Under the pieces are notes generated by a model. It was not told the DNA's origin, ran no database searches, and was given only the letters and a program-made list of their open reading frames with translations. The position numbers and the translations under genes were made by a program. Below are positions 8,371-19,777 of a stretch of 32,000 nt of DNA, piece after piece. The DNA lies in contig FP565575.1 in NCBI GenBank assembly GCA_000091165.1, forward strand, positions 1,650,001-1,682,000, written 5' to 3'. This stretch comes from Candidatus Methylomirabilis oxygeniifera (GTDB lineage Bacteria > Methylomirabilota > Methylomirabilia > Methylomirabilales > Methylomirabilaceae). Numbering within the stretch: position 1 is the stretch's first letter; each line of letters begins with the position of its first letter.

Positions 8371-9160
8371 GACAGTCAAAGATTCGTTGGATGCGATGCG
8401 GGACGGCACCCTCGGCCTGCCGGAGGCGAGTGAGGTGCGTGCGCACCTGGCGATCTGCCGATCCTGTGCGAGGGAGTGGGAGGTGACGGAGGCGCTGCGT
8501 GCGGTCATTCGCGACCGAGCCAGCGCACCCGTCGCCCCGGCCGCTTTCCATGCCGCGATGGCGCGCCTGGTAGAGCAGCAAGCGGCGCCCATGGGCTGGT
8601 TCGCTCGCTTCCAGGAGGCCTGCCGTCTCCGGCCCATCACAGCGATGGCCCTCACGGCGGCGATGGTGCTGCTCATCCTGGTCCCGCTGAATCTGCATAT
8701 GCTGTCCAAGTACGAAACTATTCTACCCCTGGTTGAGGAGTCGGTAAATGAGCACATTCGACTCACGCTTCGCGAGGCGCCGCCTGAGATCCCGACCAGG
8801 GAGTTGCAACCACTGCCTGTCAGACATCAACAACGGCTTGAACTTTCCCAATCGCTCTCCTTTCCCGACGATCAGGAGTATCGCCTGGTCGGGGGACAGG
8901 TAAGCTACCTGCTCCATCGGAAGGCGCTGACTGTGGCCTACTACCATCGGCCTGATCGGCCGATCACGCTACTGGTCTTACCCGGCGCAGGGATTCGGCT
9001 GCCGGACCGGTCGGTGAGCCTGAAGGGGAAAGTCTATTGGACCATTCATCACGGTTTTCGGACCGCACACTGGCGGCAAGGGCCGCTGATCTATTCGCTC
9101 GTCTCCGATTCCGGCGAAGCTGACCTGTCTCCTCTCATTGAAAAGCTTCGGCACAAATAG
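8357..9160 (+). CDS. Membrane-spanning anti-sigma factor (zf-HC2 type)
   Basis: The ATG at 8357 overlaps the end of the sigma gene. H-x3-C-x2-C motif HLAICRSC, a single TM (ITAMALTAAMVLLILVPLNL) and a periplasmic domain of about 140 aa. Confidence 0.75.
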   Translation: MLSCETVKDSLDAMRDGTLGLPEASEVRAHLAICRSCAREWEVTEALRAVIRDRASAPVAPAAFHAAMARLVEQQAAPMGWFARFQEACRLRPITAMALTAAMVLLILVPLNLHMLSKYETILPLVEESVNEHIRLTLREAPPEIPTRELQPLPVRHQQRLELSQSLSFPDDQEYRLVGGQVSYLLHRKALTVAYYHRPDRPITLLVLPGAGIRLPDRSVSLKGKVYWTIHHGFRTAHWRQGPLIYSLVSDSGEADLSPLIEKLRHK

Positions 9161-9241
9161 GATCGGGCTGCACGATTGCGACAAGCCGGATCACGCCTTA
9201 CCGAGCAACGCATTGCCGCCCCAGCTTCGGTTACCTTCTGT

Positions 9242-9303
9242 CGATTTCCTGGAACCTCTTGCCCCCTTCAGGGCTTTTATACATAGAAGGGAGGTGAGAA
9301 GAG
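9242..9303 (+). promoter_or_regulatory. Conserved 5' leader (copy A) of the small membrane-protein gene; includes TGGAAC, an AT-rich block and a strong SD
   Basis: cgatttcctggaacctcttgcccccttcagggcttttatacatagaagggaggtgag is nearly identical to 18228-18286. The promoter type is not assignable from sequence. Confidence 0.4.
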
Positions 9304-9501
9304 ATGATGTGGGAGGGATTGTTCTCTGGCTGGCTCTCTGAGCCTCACGTCATGACCATCCTGTTTACCTGGTTTGTACAGGGCGTGTTTTGCTACAGCA
9401 TGTTCGTATTGCCCTACGGGCGAGAGCGGAAGGCGCAGGCAAGAGAGGCTGCGGAGGCTAAGAGGCCCACGGCGGTTGCGGGACGTCCGATCGCGGCTTG
9501 A
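9304..9501 (+). CDS. Small single-pass membrane protein (65 aa), paralog A
   Basis: Strong SD (gaagggaggtgag). One hydrophobic helix (MTILFTWFVQGVFCYSMFVLP) followed by a basic tail. Paralog at 18287-18499; the conservation is biased towards retaining the amino-acid sequence. Confidence 0.6.
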   Translation: MMWEGLFSGWLSEPHVMTILFTWFVQGVFCYSMFVLPYGRERKAQAREAAEAKRPTAVAGRPIAA

Positions 9502-9992
9502 GCGACCGTGGCTCCGACACCCAACGTGTACGCTGATGCGCTCTCTCGGCAAGGCGTGAGAAGGAGAGACAATTGTGAAGGAGGGGTCGATCCCGCGGTT
9601 CACGGGGACCGGCCTCTTTTCGCATCCTTTGCCTAATCGTCCGACCGGTTTCTCCGGCTCGCCAGACTGAGCCTGAGTGAGGAGAGGCAAGTCCGATGGC
9701 GATGACCACCATTGGTCGGTTGGAGCGCCTGCTGGCCGTGTGTGTGCTGAGTTCCCGCGCATTACTCATCCAACTGACGCCCGCCCGCTCTATCCGCGGT
9801 CAGAAGCACTCACGCGCCATACCGTTCACCTGCCGGAGGCGGAAAAGGACCCTCGCCAAGCGCTTTGCGTTGCATCCGTCAGCAGGGGTGACCATTACCG
9901 TTGGGCAGGAAGACGACCGAGGCATATATTATTTGTGAGGTGAGCGATAACTCCCAGCGCTGGTAGAGCGCTGGTTAACAGGGAGGTGAGAA

Positions 9993-10472
9993 ATGGAAGG
10001 CCTGAAGAAGATTCGCTTGATTTTCATGCTGCTCTTCGCGATCACCGTAGCAGGAACCGTATATGCTGATTACCTGTCCGCAGAGGAGATCAAGGTTCGT
10101 CAACCAACCCAGGGTGAGATCGGCGCGATGGTCAGGTGTGCGACGATGAACGTAAAGTTTCAAGTCGCCAGCGATACGCCGGTCATCGATTACAAAGGAA
10201 AGAGCTATTTTTTCTGCTGTGAGACCTGCATGGACGCCTTCAAGAAAGATCCTGACAAGTACGCAGCAGCAACGTGGCCCATCGAGGCCTTGAAGACTCG
10301 TCAACCAACCCAGGGTGAGATCGGCGCGATGGTCAGGTGTGCGACGATGAACGTAAAGTTTCAAGTCGCCAGCGATACGCCGGTCATCGATTACAAAGGA
10401 AAGAGCTATTTTTTCTGCTGTAAGCCTTGCATGGAAACCTTTATGAGGGATCCTGATGTGTACGTAAAATGA
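9993..10472 (+). CDS. Exported protein with two tandem YHS/TRASH metal-binding domains
   Basis: SD gggaggtgag and signal peptide (IRLIFMLLFAITVAGTVYA). RCATMNVKF...VIDYKGKSYFFCC.xCMxxFxxDPDxY occurs twice and matches the YHS pattern (C-x2-M ... Y-x-G-x-x-Y-F-F-C-x2-x-C ... DP..Y). Confidence 0.8.
   Translation: MEGLKKIRLIFMLLFAITVAGTVYADYLSAEEIKVRQPTQGEIGAMVRCATMNVKFQVASDTPVIDYKGKSYFFCCETCMDAFKKDPDKYAAATWPIEALKTRQPTQGEIGAMVRCATMNVKFQVASDTPVIDYKGKSYFFCCKPCMETFMRDPDVYVK
10098..10220 (+). repeat. Intragenic direct repeat, unit 1 (123 bp, identical to 10299-10421)
   Basis: Base-by-base comparison shows no mismatch. The offset is 201 bp (67 codons). Confidence 0.95.
10299..10421 (+). repeat. Intragenic direct repeat, unit 2 (123 bp, identical to 10098-10220)
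   Basis: As for unit 1. The flanking codons of the two YHS domains are clearly diverged. Confidence 0.95.
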
Positions 10473-10582
10473 GGCTCACGGGAACCGGAATCATTGCCAC
10501 GAGAAATACGAAAGGGTCAGAGCCGGGATAGTTGTCGGACCAATGGCAGACAACGAGCATATGAGCGGCCGAGCGCCGAGCC

Positions 10583-10621
10583 TGATCAACGGTATGCCCT
10601 CGCACGGCATACCGTTGATCA
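10583..10621. repeat. Perfect 16-bp inverted repeat with a 7-nt spacer (tgatcaacggtatgcc-ctcgcac-ggcataccgttgatca)
   Basis: Read directly from the sequence. It lies in the 670-bp non-coding gap between the YHS gene and the RND operon. No U-tract follows. Confidence 0.9.
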
Positions 10622-11145
10622 CGAGAACCGGGAAAGCCTCAGTTCAAAGTGCGGGTCATAGCAATACGCAACAAATATCAGGAATCGCATTGCTCAAGAC
10701 CTTCGACTTCCGTTGTGAACAATTGTTGATACTTGCGCGTCAGCCGTTGTTCACGACTGTTCTCCTGGTCTTCCTTTCATTACCTCAGCACTACTCTCAA
10801 ATTCTCCCAACCCTGGATCACCTCTTATGACATGTCTTGCCTTCCTACCATCCAAGGGGTAACCTATCTACATCATGCGATCCCTCCTTTGGGCGCGCGG
10901 GTGATGGACCAATTTTACGTTAGCACACACTCACGACGCCGTTATAACGGTAATCCGAGCGCAACAGGGAACCGAGGTCCGCGTCGAAGCGGGTTTTCGT
11001 TCCGCTCGACAGGAAGTCGGTTCAGCTATACAGGGACCTCTCGCTCCGCTGAGTCTCGTCGGACGGAGCCCCCGACGACAAGGGCAAGTGCGCGTTTTGT
11101 CACAAGCCCCGCGGTGAATAGACGATATGGGTATGGAGGTGAGGG

Positions 11146-12507
11146 ATGAGGGCGGAAAAGAGCGTCCTGGCGTGCGGTGTGATGTTGGTGGTAGCCTTCG
11201 GTCCCGGCGTTGCGGGCGCCCAGGAAGAGGCGCGAGGCATGACGCTTCCCCGCGCCATCGAGATCGCCCTGGAGAAAAGCCCCCTCCTTCAGACTGCCCG
11301 ACATCGGGTAGGCGCGGCCGTCGCCGGTGTAGATCGGGCCAGGGCCGGCTTCCTCCCGAAACTGAATCTCAGCGAATCGTTCACCCGCTCCGACGATCCG
11401 GCATTTGTCTTCAGCTCGAAACTCAGCCAGGGCCGATTTGCCCAGGACGACTTCCAGATAGGGCGCCTGAACGATCCGAGTGCCATGACCAACTTCCGAA
11501 CGATCCTCGCGTTGTCCCAGCCGCTCTATACCGGCGGCAAGGTCTCGATCGGATTCGAACAGGCGAAGCTGAACCGGGAGGCGAGCGCACAGGGCCTCGA
11601 CCGAACCAGGCAGGAGGTGGTCTTCCACGTGGCCAGGGCGTACGACGGCGTCCTGCTGGCCCAGACCGATCTGGAGGTGGCAACGGCCGCGATCCAGGCG
11701 GCGGAGGCCAACCGGGATCTGGCCAGTATCCGGTTCGAGACAGGGCTGGTGGTCGAATCCGATCTGCTGTCGGCTGATGTCCGCCTGGCCCGTCTGCAGG
11801 AGCAGGCCATTACGGCCCGGAACACGCTCACCCTTGCCAAAGCCGCGTTGAACGACGTGATGGGCTTCCCGTTAGACCAGCCGTTCGACGTCACGGATCG
11901 ACTGACTCAGAGGGCAACTCGTTCTCAGGAGCTGACCGAATTGGAACGGCTTGCGCTGGAGCGGCGCCCTGACTATCGGCGGCTGGGCTTCGAGGAAGGG
12001 GCGCTCAACCGGGGGATCGGGTTGGCTCAGGCCGAATTCCTGCCGACCGTGGGCGCCACCGCAAGCTATGAGCTGAACCATCTGAAGTTCGCCGCCGATG
12101 GCCGGGACAGTTGGTTTGTCGGGGTCGCCTTTCAGTGGAATCTGTTCAACGGCCTGGAGGATCGCGCGAAGGTCGCGGAAGCCCAGGCCCACTTTTCAGA
12201 GATCCAGGCCGTTCGGACCAGGATGGCCAGCCGGATTCGACTCGAGACCAAGGAGGCGTTTCTGGCGCTCAAGACCGCCGAAGCGCGGATCGGGGTGGCG
12301 CAACGGGCGGTGGGCCAGGCCGAAGAGGCGTTGCGCATCGTGAAGGATCGGTATGAGGCGGGTCTGACCACAATCGTCGATCTCGTCGCCAGTGAGGCCG
12401 CCCTGACCCAGTCAAGAGGCAACCTCGCCCAGGCCCTGTATGATCATAACGTGGGTCTCGCAGCCCTGGAACTGGCGGTGGGAACCATCGGCAAAGAGTC
12501 ATTCTGA
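11146..12507 (+). CDS. TolC-family outer-membrane efflux protein (OEP family)
   Basis: SD ggaggtgaggg, signal peptide (ACGVMLVVAFGPGVAGA) and the two-fold repeated OEP architecture with typical LTL..A...AL..NP.L, Q...Y..G and A...L...LG motifs. It is the first gene of a TolC-MFP-RND operon. Confidence 0.85.
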   Translation: MRAEKSVLACGVMLVVAFGPGVAGAQEEARGMTLPRAIEIALEKSPLLQTARHRVGAAVAGVDRARAGFLPKLNLSESFTRSDDPAFVFSSKLSQGRFAQDDFQIGRLNDPSAMTNFRTILALSQPLYTGGKVSIGFEQAKLNREASAQGLDRTRQEVVFHVARAYDGVLLAQTDLEVATAAIQAAEANRDLASIRFETGLVVESDLLSADVRLARLQEQAITARNTLTLAKAALNDVMGFPLDQPFDVTDRLTQRATRSQELTELERLALERRPDYRRLGFEEGALNRGIGLAQAEFLPTVGATASYELNHLKFAADGRDSWFVGVAFQWNLFNGLEDRAKVAEAQAHFSEIQAVRTRMASRIRLETKEAFLALKTAEARIGVAQRAVGQAEEALRIVKDRYEAGLTTIVDLVASEAALTQSRGNLAQALYDHNVGLAALELAVGTIGKESF

Positions 12508-12526
12508 GAGGTTGGGGGAGTTCAAC

Positions 12527-13722
12527 GTGCGAGGTGCAAAGCGGTCCCTTGCTCTTATTGCAGGCTTGCTTTTCGTTGCGGGATGCTCCTCAAGGGAGGA
12601 GGCGCCGAAGACCGAAGAGAAGCGGTCGGTCGTCACCGGGGTAAAGGTTGAGACGATCGGACTTCAGCCATTCCCGGAGGTGATCAGAGCGTCAGGGACG
12701 GTACAGTCGAGGAGGCAGAGCGTGCTCTCGGCGAAGATTACGGCCTCGGTCGTGGCCGTCCCTGTCACAGAGGGTGACCGGGTGAAGGCCGGTCAGGTAC
12801 TGGTGGAACTTGACGACCGGGATGTGAAGGCCCAGCGCGGGCGGGCCGAAGCCGGGCTTCGCGAGGCAAAAGATGCGCTCGAAGAGGTCGAGGCGGTCAT
12901 CCTGGCGCAGGGGAACGCCATTGATGCCGCAAAGGCTCAGGAAGAGCTGGCGCTGGCCACGCTTGCCAGATACAACACCCTGCTGGAGCGTCGCTCCGTC
13001 GCGCCTCAAGAGTTCGACGAGGTGGCCGCCCGGTCTAAGGCCGCATCGGCCGAACTGCAAAGGGCCCGGGAGGTGCGGATCTCTCTGTCCGCCAGGAAGA
13101 GCCAGACGTTGGCAAAGATCGACCAGGCTCAGGAGGCGCTGCACCACGCTCAGGCGGTCTTCGGCTACACGACGATCCGGGCTCCCTTCGACGGAATCAT
13201 CGTCGCCAAGAATGTTGAGGTCGGCAACCTTGCCGCCCCCGGTGCGCCTCTCCTGACGGTAGAAGACGAGCGATATCGCCTCGAGGCCACTGTCCAGGAG
13301 TCGGAGATCAGGAAGATTCGGATCGGGCAGCAGGCGGAGGCCGAGATCGATGCTATCGGCCGAACGCTGTCCGGTCCCATCGTCGAGATCGTCCCGGCGG
13401 CCGATCCTCAAAGCCGGACATTCACCGTGAAGATCGACCTGCCCCACACGCGGGGCCTTCGATCCGGCTTCTACGGACAGGCCCGCTTTGCCGTCGGCCG
13501 GCAACAGGCGCTGGCGATCCCTCGCAAGGCGGTCGTCGAGCAAGGTCAGCTTGAAGGCGTCTACGTCCTCGATCAGGACAACATCGCGCGTCTCCGGCTG
13601 GTGAAAACGGGCAAGGTGTACGAGGATCAGGTTGAGATCCTAACCGGCCTCAGCGCGGGCGAGCGCGTCATCGCGGAAGGGGTAGAACGGGTCTCCGACG
13701 GCAGCCGTGTGGAGAAGGGAGG

Positions 13723-13726
<4 letters not shown>
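12527..13726 (+). CDS. RND efflux periplasmic adaptor (membrane fusion protein), lipoprotein
   Basis: GTG at 12527 with SD gggggag 6 nt upstream. Lipobox LFVAGC. HlyD-type lipoyl, hairpin and beta-barrel segments ([15 protein letters not shown] ... [16 protein letters not shown]). Its stop overlaps the RND start. Confidence 0.85.
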
Positions 13727-17028
<3,302 letters not shown>

Positions 17029-17039
17029 CAACCGGAGCG

Positions 17040-17586
17040 CCGTCGCTTGCGATCATAAGCCCGCGCCGTGTAGACTTGACAAGCGTTCGAAAAGACCCGA
17101 GAACCGCCCCAGTCGTAAGACATTTCGGACCGTGACATGCCAATCAATACCGAGGACCTTCGCCCTTATTCGTACACGGGTTCGACCTCAGCGCGGGAGA
17201 TGCCTACGTCGACCTGCACTGGCGTCTCTCACGCCACCCCCCTCCACCTTGATGAGACGAAGATCTGGACGCGGCGAGACTCCTATCCTGTTGATGGACG
17301 GTCGTACGCGGTGCTGTCCGACGAGCACGAGGTAGTGTTCGCCGCGCTGTCACTGGTCCGGAACCTCGGGGCAGGTAAGGCCAAGCTTATCAAGGTACTC
17401 GACCTGATCCAAATCGTCGCCGCGACCGATGCGACGATCGACTGGGACACGCTCCTCGAGGACGGCCGCCGAGACGGTACGTTCAACATTTTGGTAAACG
17501 TCCTAGCGCTCTACCTTGAGGTTACTGACGCCCAAGACCTCGCGCCGCGCCTGGCCAACGCGCTCGCGTGGCACACCGATCGCTGA
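17040..17586 (+). pseudogene. Degraded 'uncharacterised nucleotidyltransferase' (NTP_transf_5-like) gene
   Basis: Frame 3 reads ..RRVDLTSVRKDPRTAPVVRHFGP*(TGA 17133)HANQYRGPSPLFVHGFDLSAGDAYVDLHWRLS, where DLHW is a family hallmark. The homology then continues in frame 1 (HLDETKIWTRR...LSDEHEVVFAALSLVRN...IKVLDLIQIV...IDWDTLLEDGRRDG...). The gene therefore has an in-frame stop, a frameshift near 17230 and a truncated N-terminus that abuts the RND stop. Confidence 0.5.
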
Positions 17587-18227
17587 CTACCGGTGTATCC
17601 GGCCGACTCGCCGCTATGCTTCAGGCCCGTTCACTTCAGCTTGGGCAACAGACTCTGGGCAGCGCGAGCCTACGATACGACGCGGACTCGGTGGCCCCTG
17701 TTGTGGGCGGTGTCATTACCGTTTCGTCAAGCGGTGTACCGATGGCGGCGACTCTAAAGAGTATATGAAGGGGCTTCCGACCGCGCGTAATGAGAGGATC
17801 GGGCCATGAGCTTGTTCTCGGAGCGCATTCGGACAAGACAACGCGGTCGACGTTTCCGACAATGAGTCAGCATCACAGCCGCTCAGCAGCGGACCGCGCT
17901 CCACCCTGTGCGGTCGGCACGGCATCGCGCGTTCACCGAGATGGGGTGCTGGTTTGCTTGGTATGAGACGTAACGGGTATGGCAGCTGATGGGGAGGCGC
18001 CAACGAGCCATCCGCTTGGCTGGGCAATGAACGACTGGACATCACTGAGGCGCTAACAGGGGGATGGGGCAAATCAGATGATCAAAGTGGGCCAAATCAA
18101 GCTGTCAAACCCACACCGTTCCTGTAGTACCGGTCGGGCATCCGGTAATCCGGATAAAGAGCAGTGAGATCGGGACAGCCGCCAGTTCGGCGCCTCGGTG
18201 CTTTCCCATCCCTGGGTCTCCTCGTGC

Positions 18228-18286
18228 CGATTTCCTGGAACCTCTTGCCCCCTTCACGGCTTTTATATGTAGAAGGGAGGTGAGCG
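18228..18286 (+). promoter_or_regulatory. Conserved 5' leader (copy B) of the small membrane-protein gene
   Basis: cgatttcctggaacctcttgcccccttcacggcttttatatgtagaagggaggtgag matches 9242-9303 apart from a few substitutions and a short indel next to the start codon. Confidence 0.4.
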
Positions 18287-18499
18287 ATGATGTCGGAGGC
18301 ATTGTTCTCTGGTTGGCTCTCTGAGCCTCACATGATTACGATCCTGTTTACCTGGTTTGTGCAGGGCGTGTTTTGCTACAGCATGTTTGTACTGCCCCAC
18401 AAGCAGGAGAGGGAGGCAATGAAAGCTGAGAAGCCTGCGCCGGTTGAGGAGTCCCGCAAGGCGGCTTGGGGGACCGGAGCGGCGGCATCCAGTGCATAA
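18287..18499 (+). CDS. Small single-pass membrane protein (70 aa), paralog B
   Basis: MMSEALFSGWLSEPHMITILFTWFVQGVFCYSMFVLP aligns with paralog A (9304). The C-terminal tails diverge. Same SD. Confidence 0.6.
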   Translation: MMSEALFSGWLSEPHMITILFTWFVQGVFCYSMFVLPHKQEREAMKAEKPAPVEESRKAAWGTGAAASSA

Positions 18500-18579
18500 G
18501 GCCTGGAGTAGCTAAGCGCCAAAGAGGGGCCGATTCCGCACATCGAGGGGATCGGCTTTCATTTGTGTGAGGGAAAAAG

Positions 18580-18608
18580 TTGACGATAGTCCTTCCTGGG
18601 CGGACAAT
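18580..18608 (+). promoter_or_regulatory. Candidate sigma-70 promoter for the radical SAM gene (TTGACG-N17-GACAAT)
   Basis: -35 TTGACG at 18580-18585, a 17-nt spacer and -10 GACAAT at 18603-18608. SD aggag at 18621-18625 and ATG at 18632. Based on the sequence pattern only. Confidence 0.35.
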
Positions 18609-18631
18609 ATGAGACCTCAGAGGAGTCAGCA

Positions 18632-19576
18632 ATGAAGTGCGTGTTTGGCCCGGTCCCATCGAGACGCTTAGGGCAGTCCCTCGGCATTGATCCGATTCCG
18701 TTTAAGACGTGTAATTGGAATTGCGTCTACTGCCAACTCGGGCGAAGCACACCCATGATCAACGAACGGCGCGACTACGTTCCGCCGGACGACATTATCG
18801 CGCAGGTGAAAGAAGCCCTCGCCGTTCATCGACCGGGAGAGATCGACTGGGTCACGTTTGTCGGATCTGGAGAGCCGACTCTTCACGCCAGCCTGGGCAA
18901 GATGATCAGGCAGGTCAAGGTCCTGACGGACATCCCGGTTGCGGTGATCACGAACGGTTCGTTGCTGTATCGTCCCGAAGTCAGAGAAGAGTTGGCAGCA
19001 GCCGATGCGGTGCTTCCCACCCTTGATGCGGGAACCGAATCGCTCTATCGCAAGATTAATCGTCCCTGGCCGGATCTGAGCTTCGAGCGTCTGGTCGATG
19101 GGTTGATCGCCTTCCGACGTGAGTTCTCCGGTAAGATGTGGATTGAGATCATGTTGATCAAGGGGGTCAATGACACAGAGACCGCCTTGAAAGACCTTGC
19201 GGCAGTGCTCCGTCGTATCGGACCGGATGAGGTTCACATCAACCTGCCGATTCGACCCCCGGCCGAACCGTGGGTTACGTCGGCTGATGAGGAAGGATTG
19301 GTCCTAGCCTCTGCTCTGCTGGGCGGGATCGCCCGTGTCCTGGTTCCGGCGGAGGGAGCGTTTGATCTGTCCGGCTATGGCAACGTGGTTGATGCCGTTG
19401 TCGGCGTGATCACTCGGCATCCGATGCGTGAAGACGACCTCATCAAGACGTTGGACCGCTGGACACCGGGACAGGTCGAACAGGCGCTCGCTGAGCTGGC
19501 TGCAAGCGGTCGAGCCCAAGTCGTGGTCCGCTATGGCAGGCGGTTCTGGAGCTATGTCGGCGCCCACTATGCGTGA
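18632..19576 (+). CDS. Radical SAM enzyme (single CX3CX2C cluster; COG0731/TYW1-like N-terminus)
   Basis: MKCVFGPVPSRRLGQSLGIDPIPFKTCNWNCVYCQLG carries the CNWNCVYC 4Fe-4S motif. A GSGEPTL SAM-binding motif is present. There is no second Cys cluster, so it is not SPASM type. Confidence 0.85.
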   Translation: MKCVFGPVPSRRLGQSLGIDPIPFKTCNWNCVYCQLGRSTPMINERRDYVPPDDIIAQVKEALAVHRPGEIDWVTFVGSGEPTLHASLGKMIRQVKVLTDIPVAVITNGSLLYRPEVREELAAADAVLPTLDAGTESLYRKINRPWPDLSFERLVDGLIAFRREFSGKMWIEIMLIKGVNDTETALKDLAAVLRRIGPDEVHINLPIRPPAEPWVTSADEEGLVLASALLGGIARVLVPAEGAFDLSGYGNVVDAVVGVITRHPMREDDLIKTLDRWTPGQVEQALAELAASGRAQVVVRYGRRFWSYVGAHYA

Positions 19577-19629
19577 GTACACAGACGCCCTGGCAGAGGC
19601 ATTGATGCACTCGACATTGCTTCGACAGT

Positions 19630-19720
19630 CCCCTCACCCTCGCCCTCTCCCCAAAGGGGCGAGGGGCACCCAAAAAGCTCTCCTCTCCCCCGATCTGGGG
19701 GAGAGGATTCAGGTGAGGGG
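19630..19720. repeat. Nested REP-like palindromic element (two GC-rich hairpins enclosed by an outer stem)
   Basis: Outer stem: cccctcacc (19630-19638) pairs with ggtgagggg (19712-19720). Hairpin 1: ccctcgccc (19637-19645) pairs with gggcgaggg (19657-19665). Hairpin 2: an 11-bp perfect stem, tcctctccccc (19681-19691) with gggggagagga (19697-19707). It lies between the radical SAM gene and the ZIP gene. Confidence 0.8.
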
Positions 19721-19777
19721 GTGCAAGGAACAGGCTTTCATGCGCATGGGCGCGCCCACGGCGCATGCGGTATTCCC

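Noticed and set aside
9250-9262. Sigma-54 promoter in the small-protein leader (TGGAAC...TTGC), and likewise TGGCAC at 3090-3095 and 27652-27657
   Set aside because: In the leader, GG and GC are separated by 8 nt, not the required 10. In the 105-bp element the spacing is right, but the -12 box reads TAGG and so lacks the essential GC. No enhancer-binding protein gene is in the window.
9696-9938. 80-codon ORF (MAMTTIGRLERLL...) with a GAGGAG about 8 nt upstream, located between the small-protein gene and the YHS gene
   Set aside because: The RBS and GC3 are compatible with a real gene. However, the product is highly basic, has no recognisable domain, has no paralog or conservation evidence in the window, and overlaps another equally poor ORF (9677..9943). 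It is left unannotated; proteomics or homology could rescue it.
10543-11149. ORFs 10543..10830 and 10733..11149 in the gap before the RND operon
   Set aside because: They have no RBS, odd Ser/Arg/Thr-rich composition and no motifs. One ORF reads through the perfect palindrome. They are treated as non-coding.
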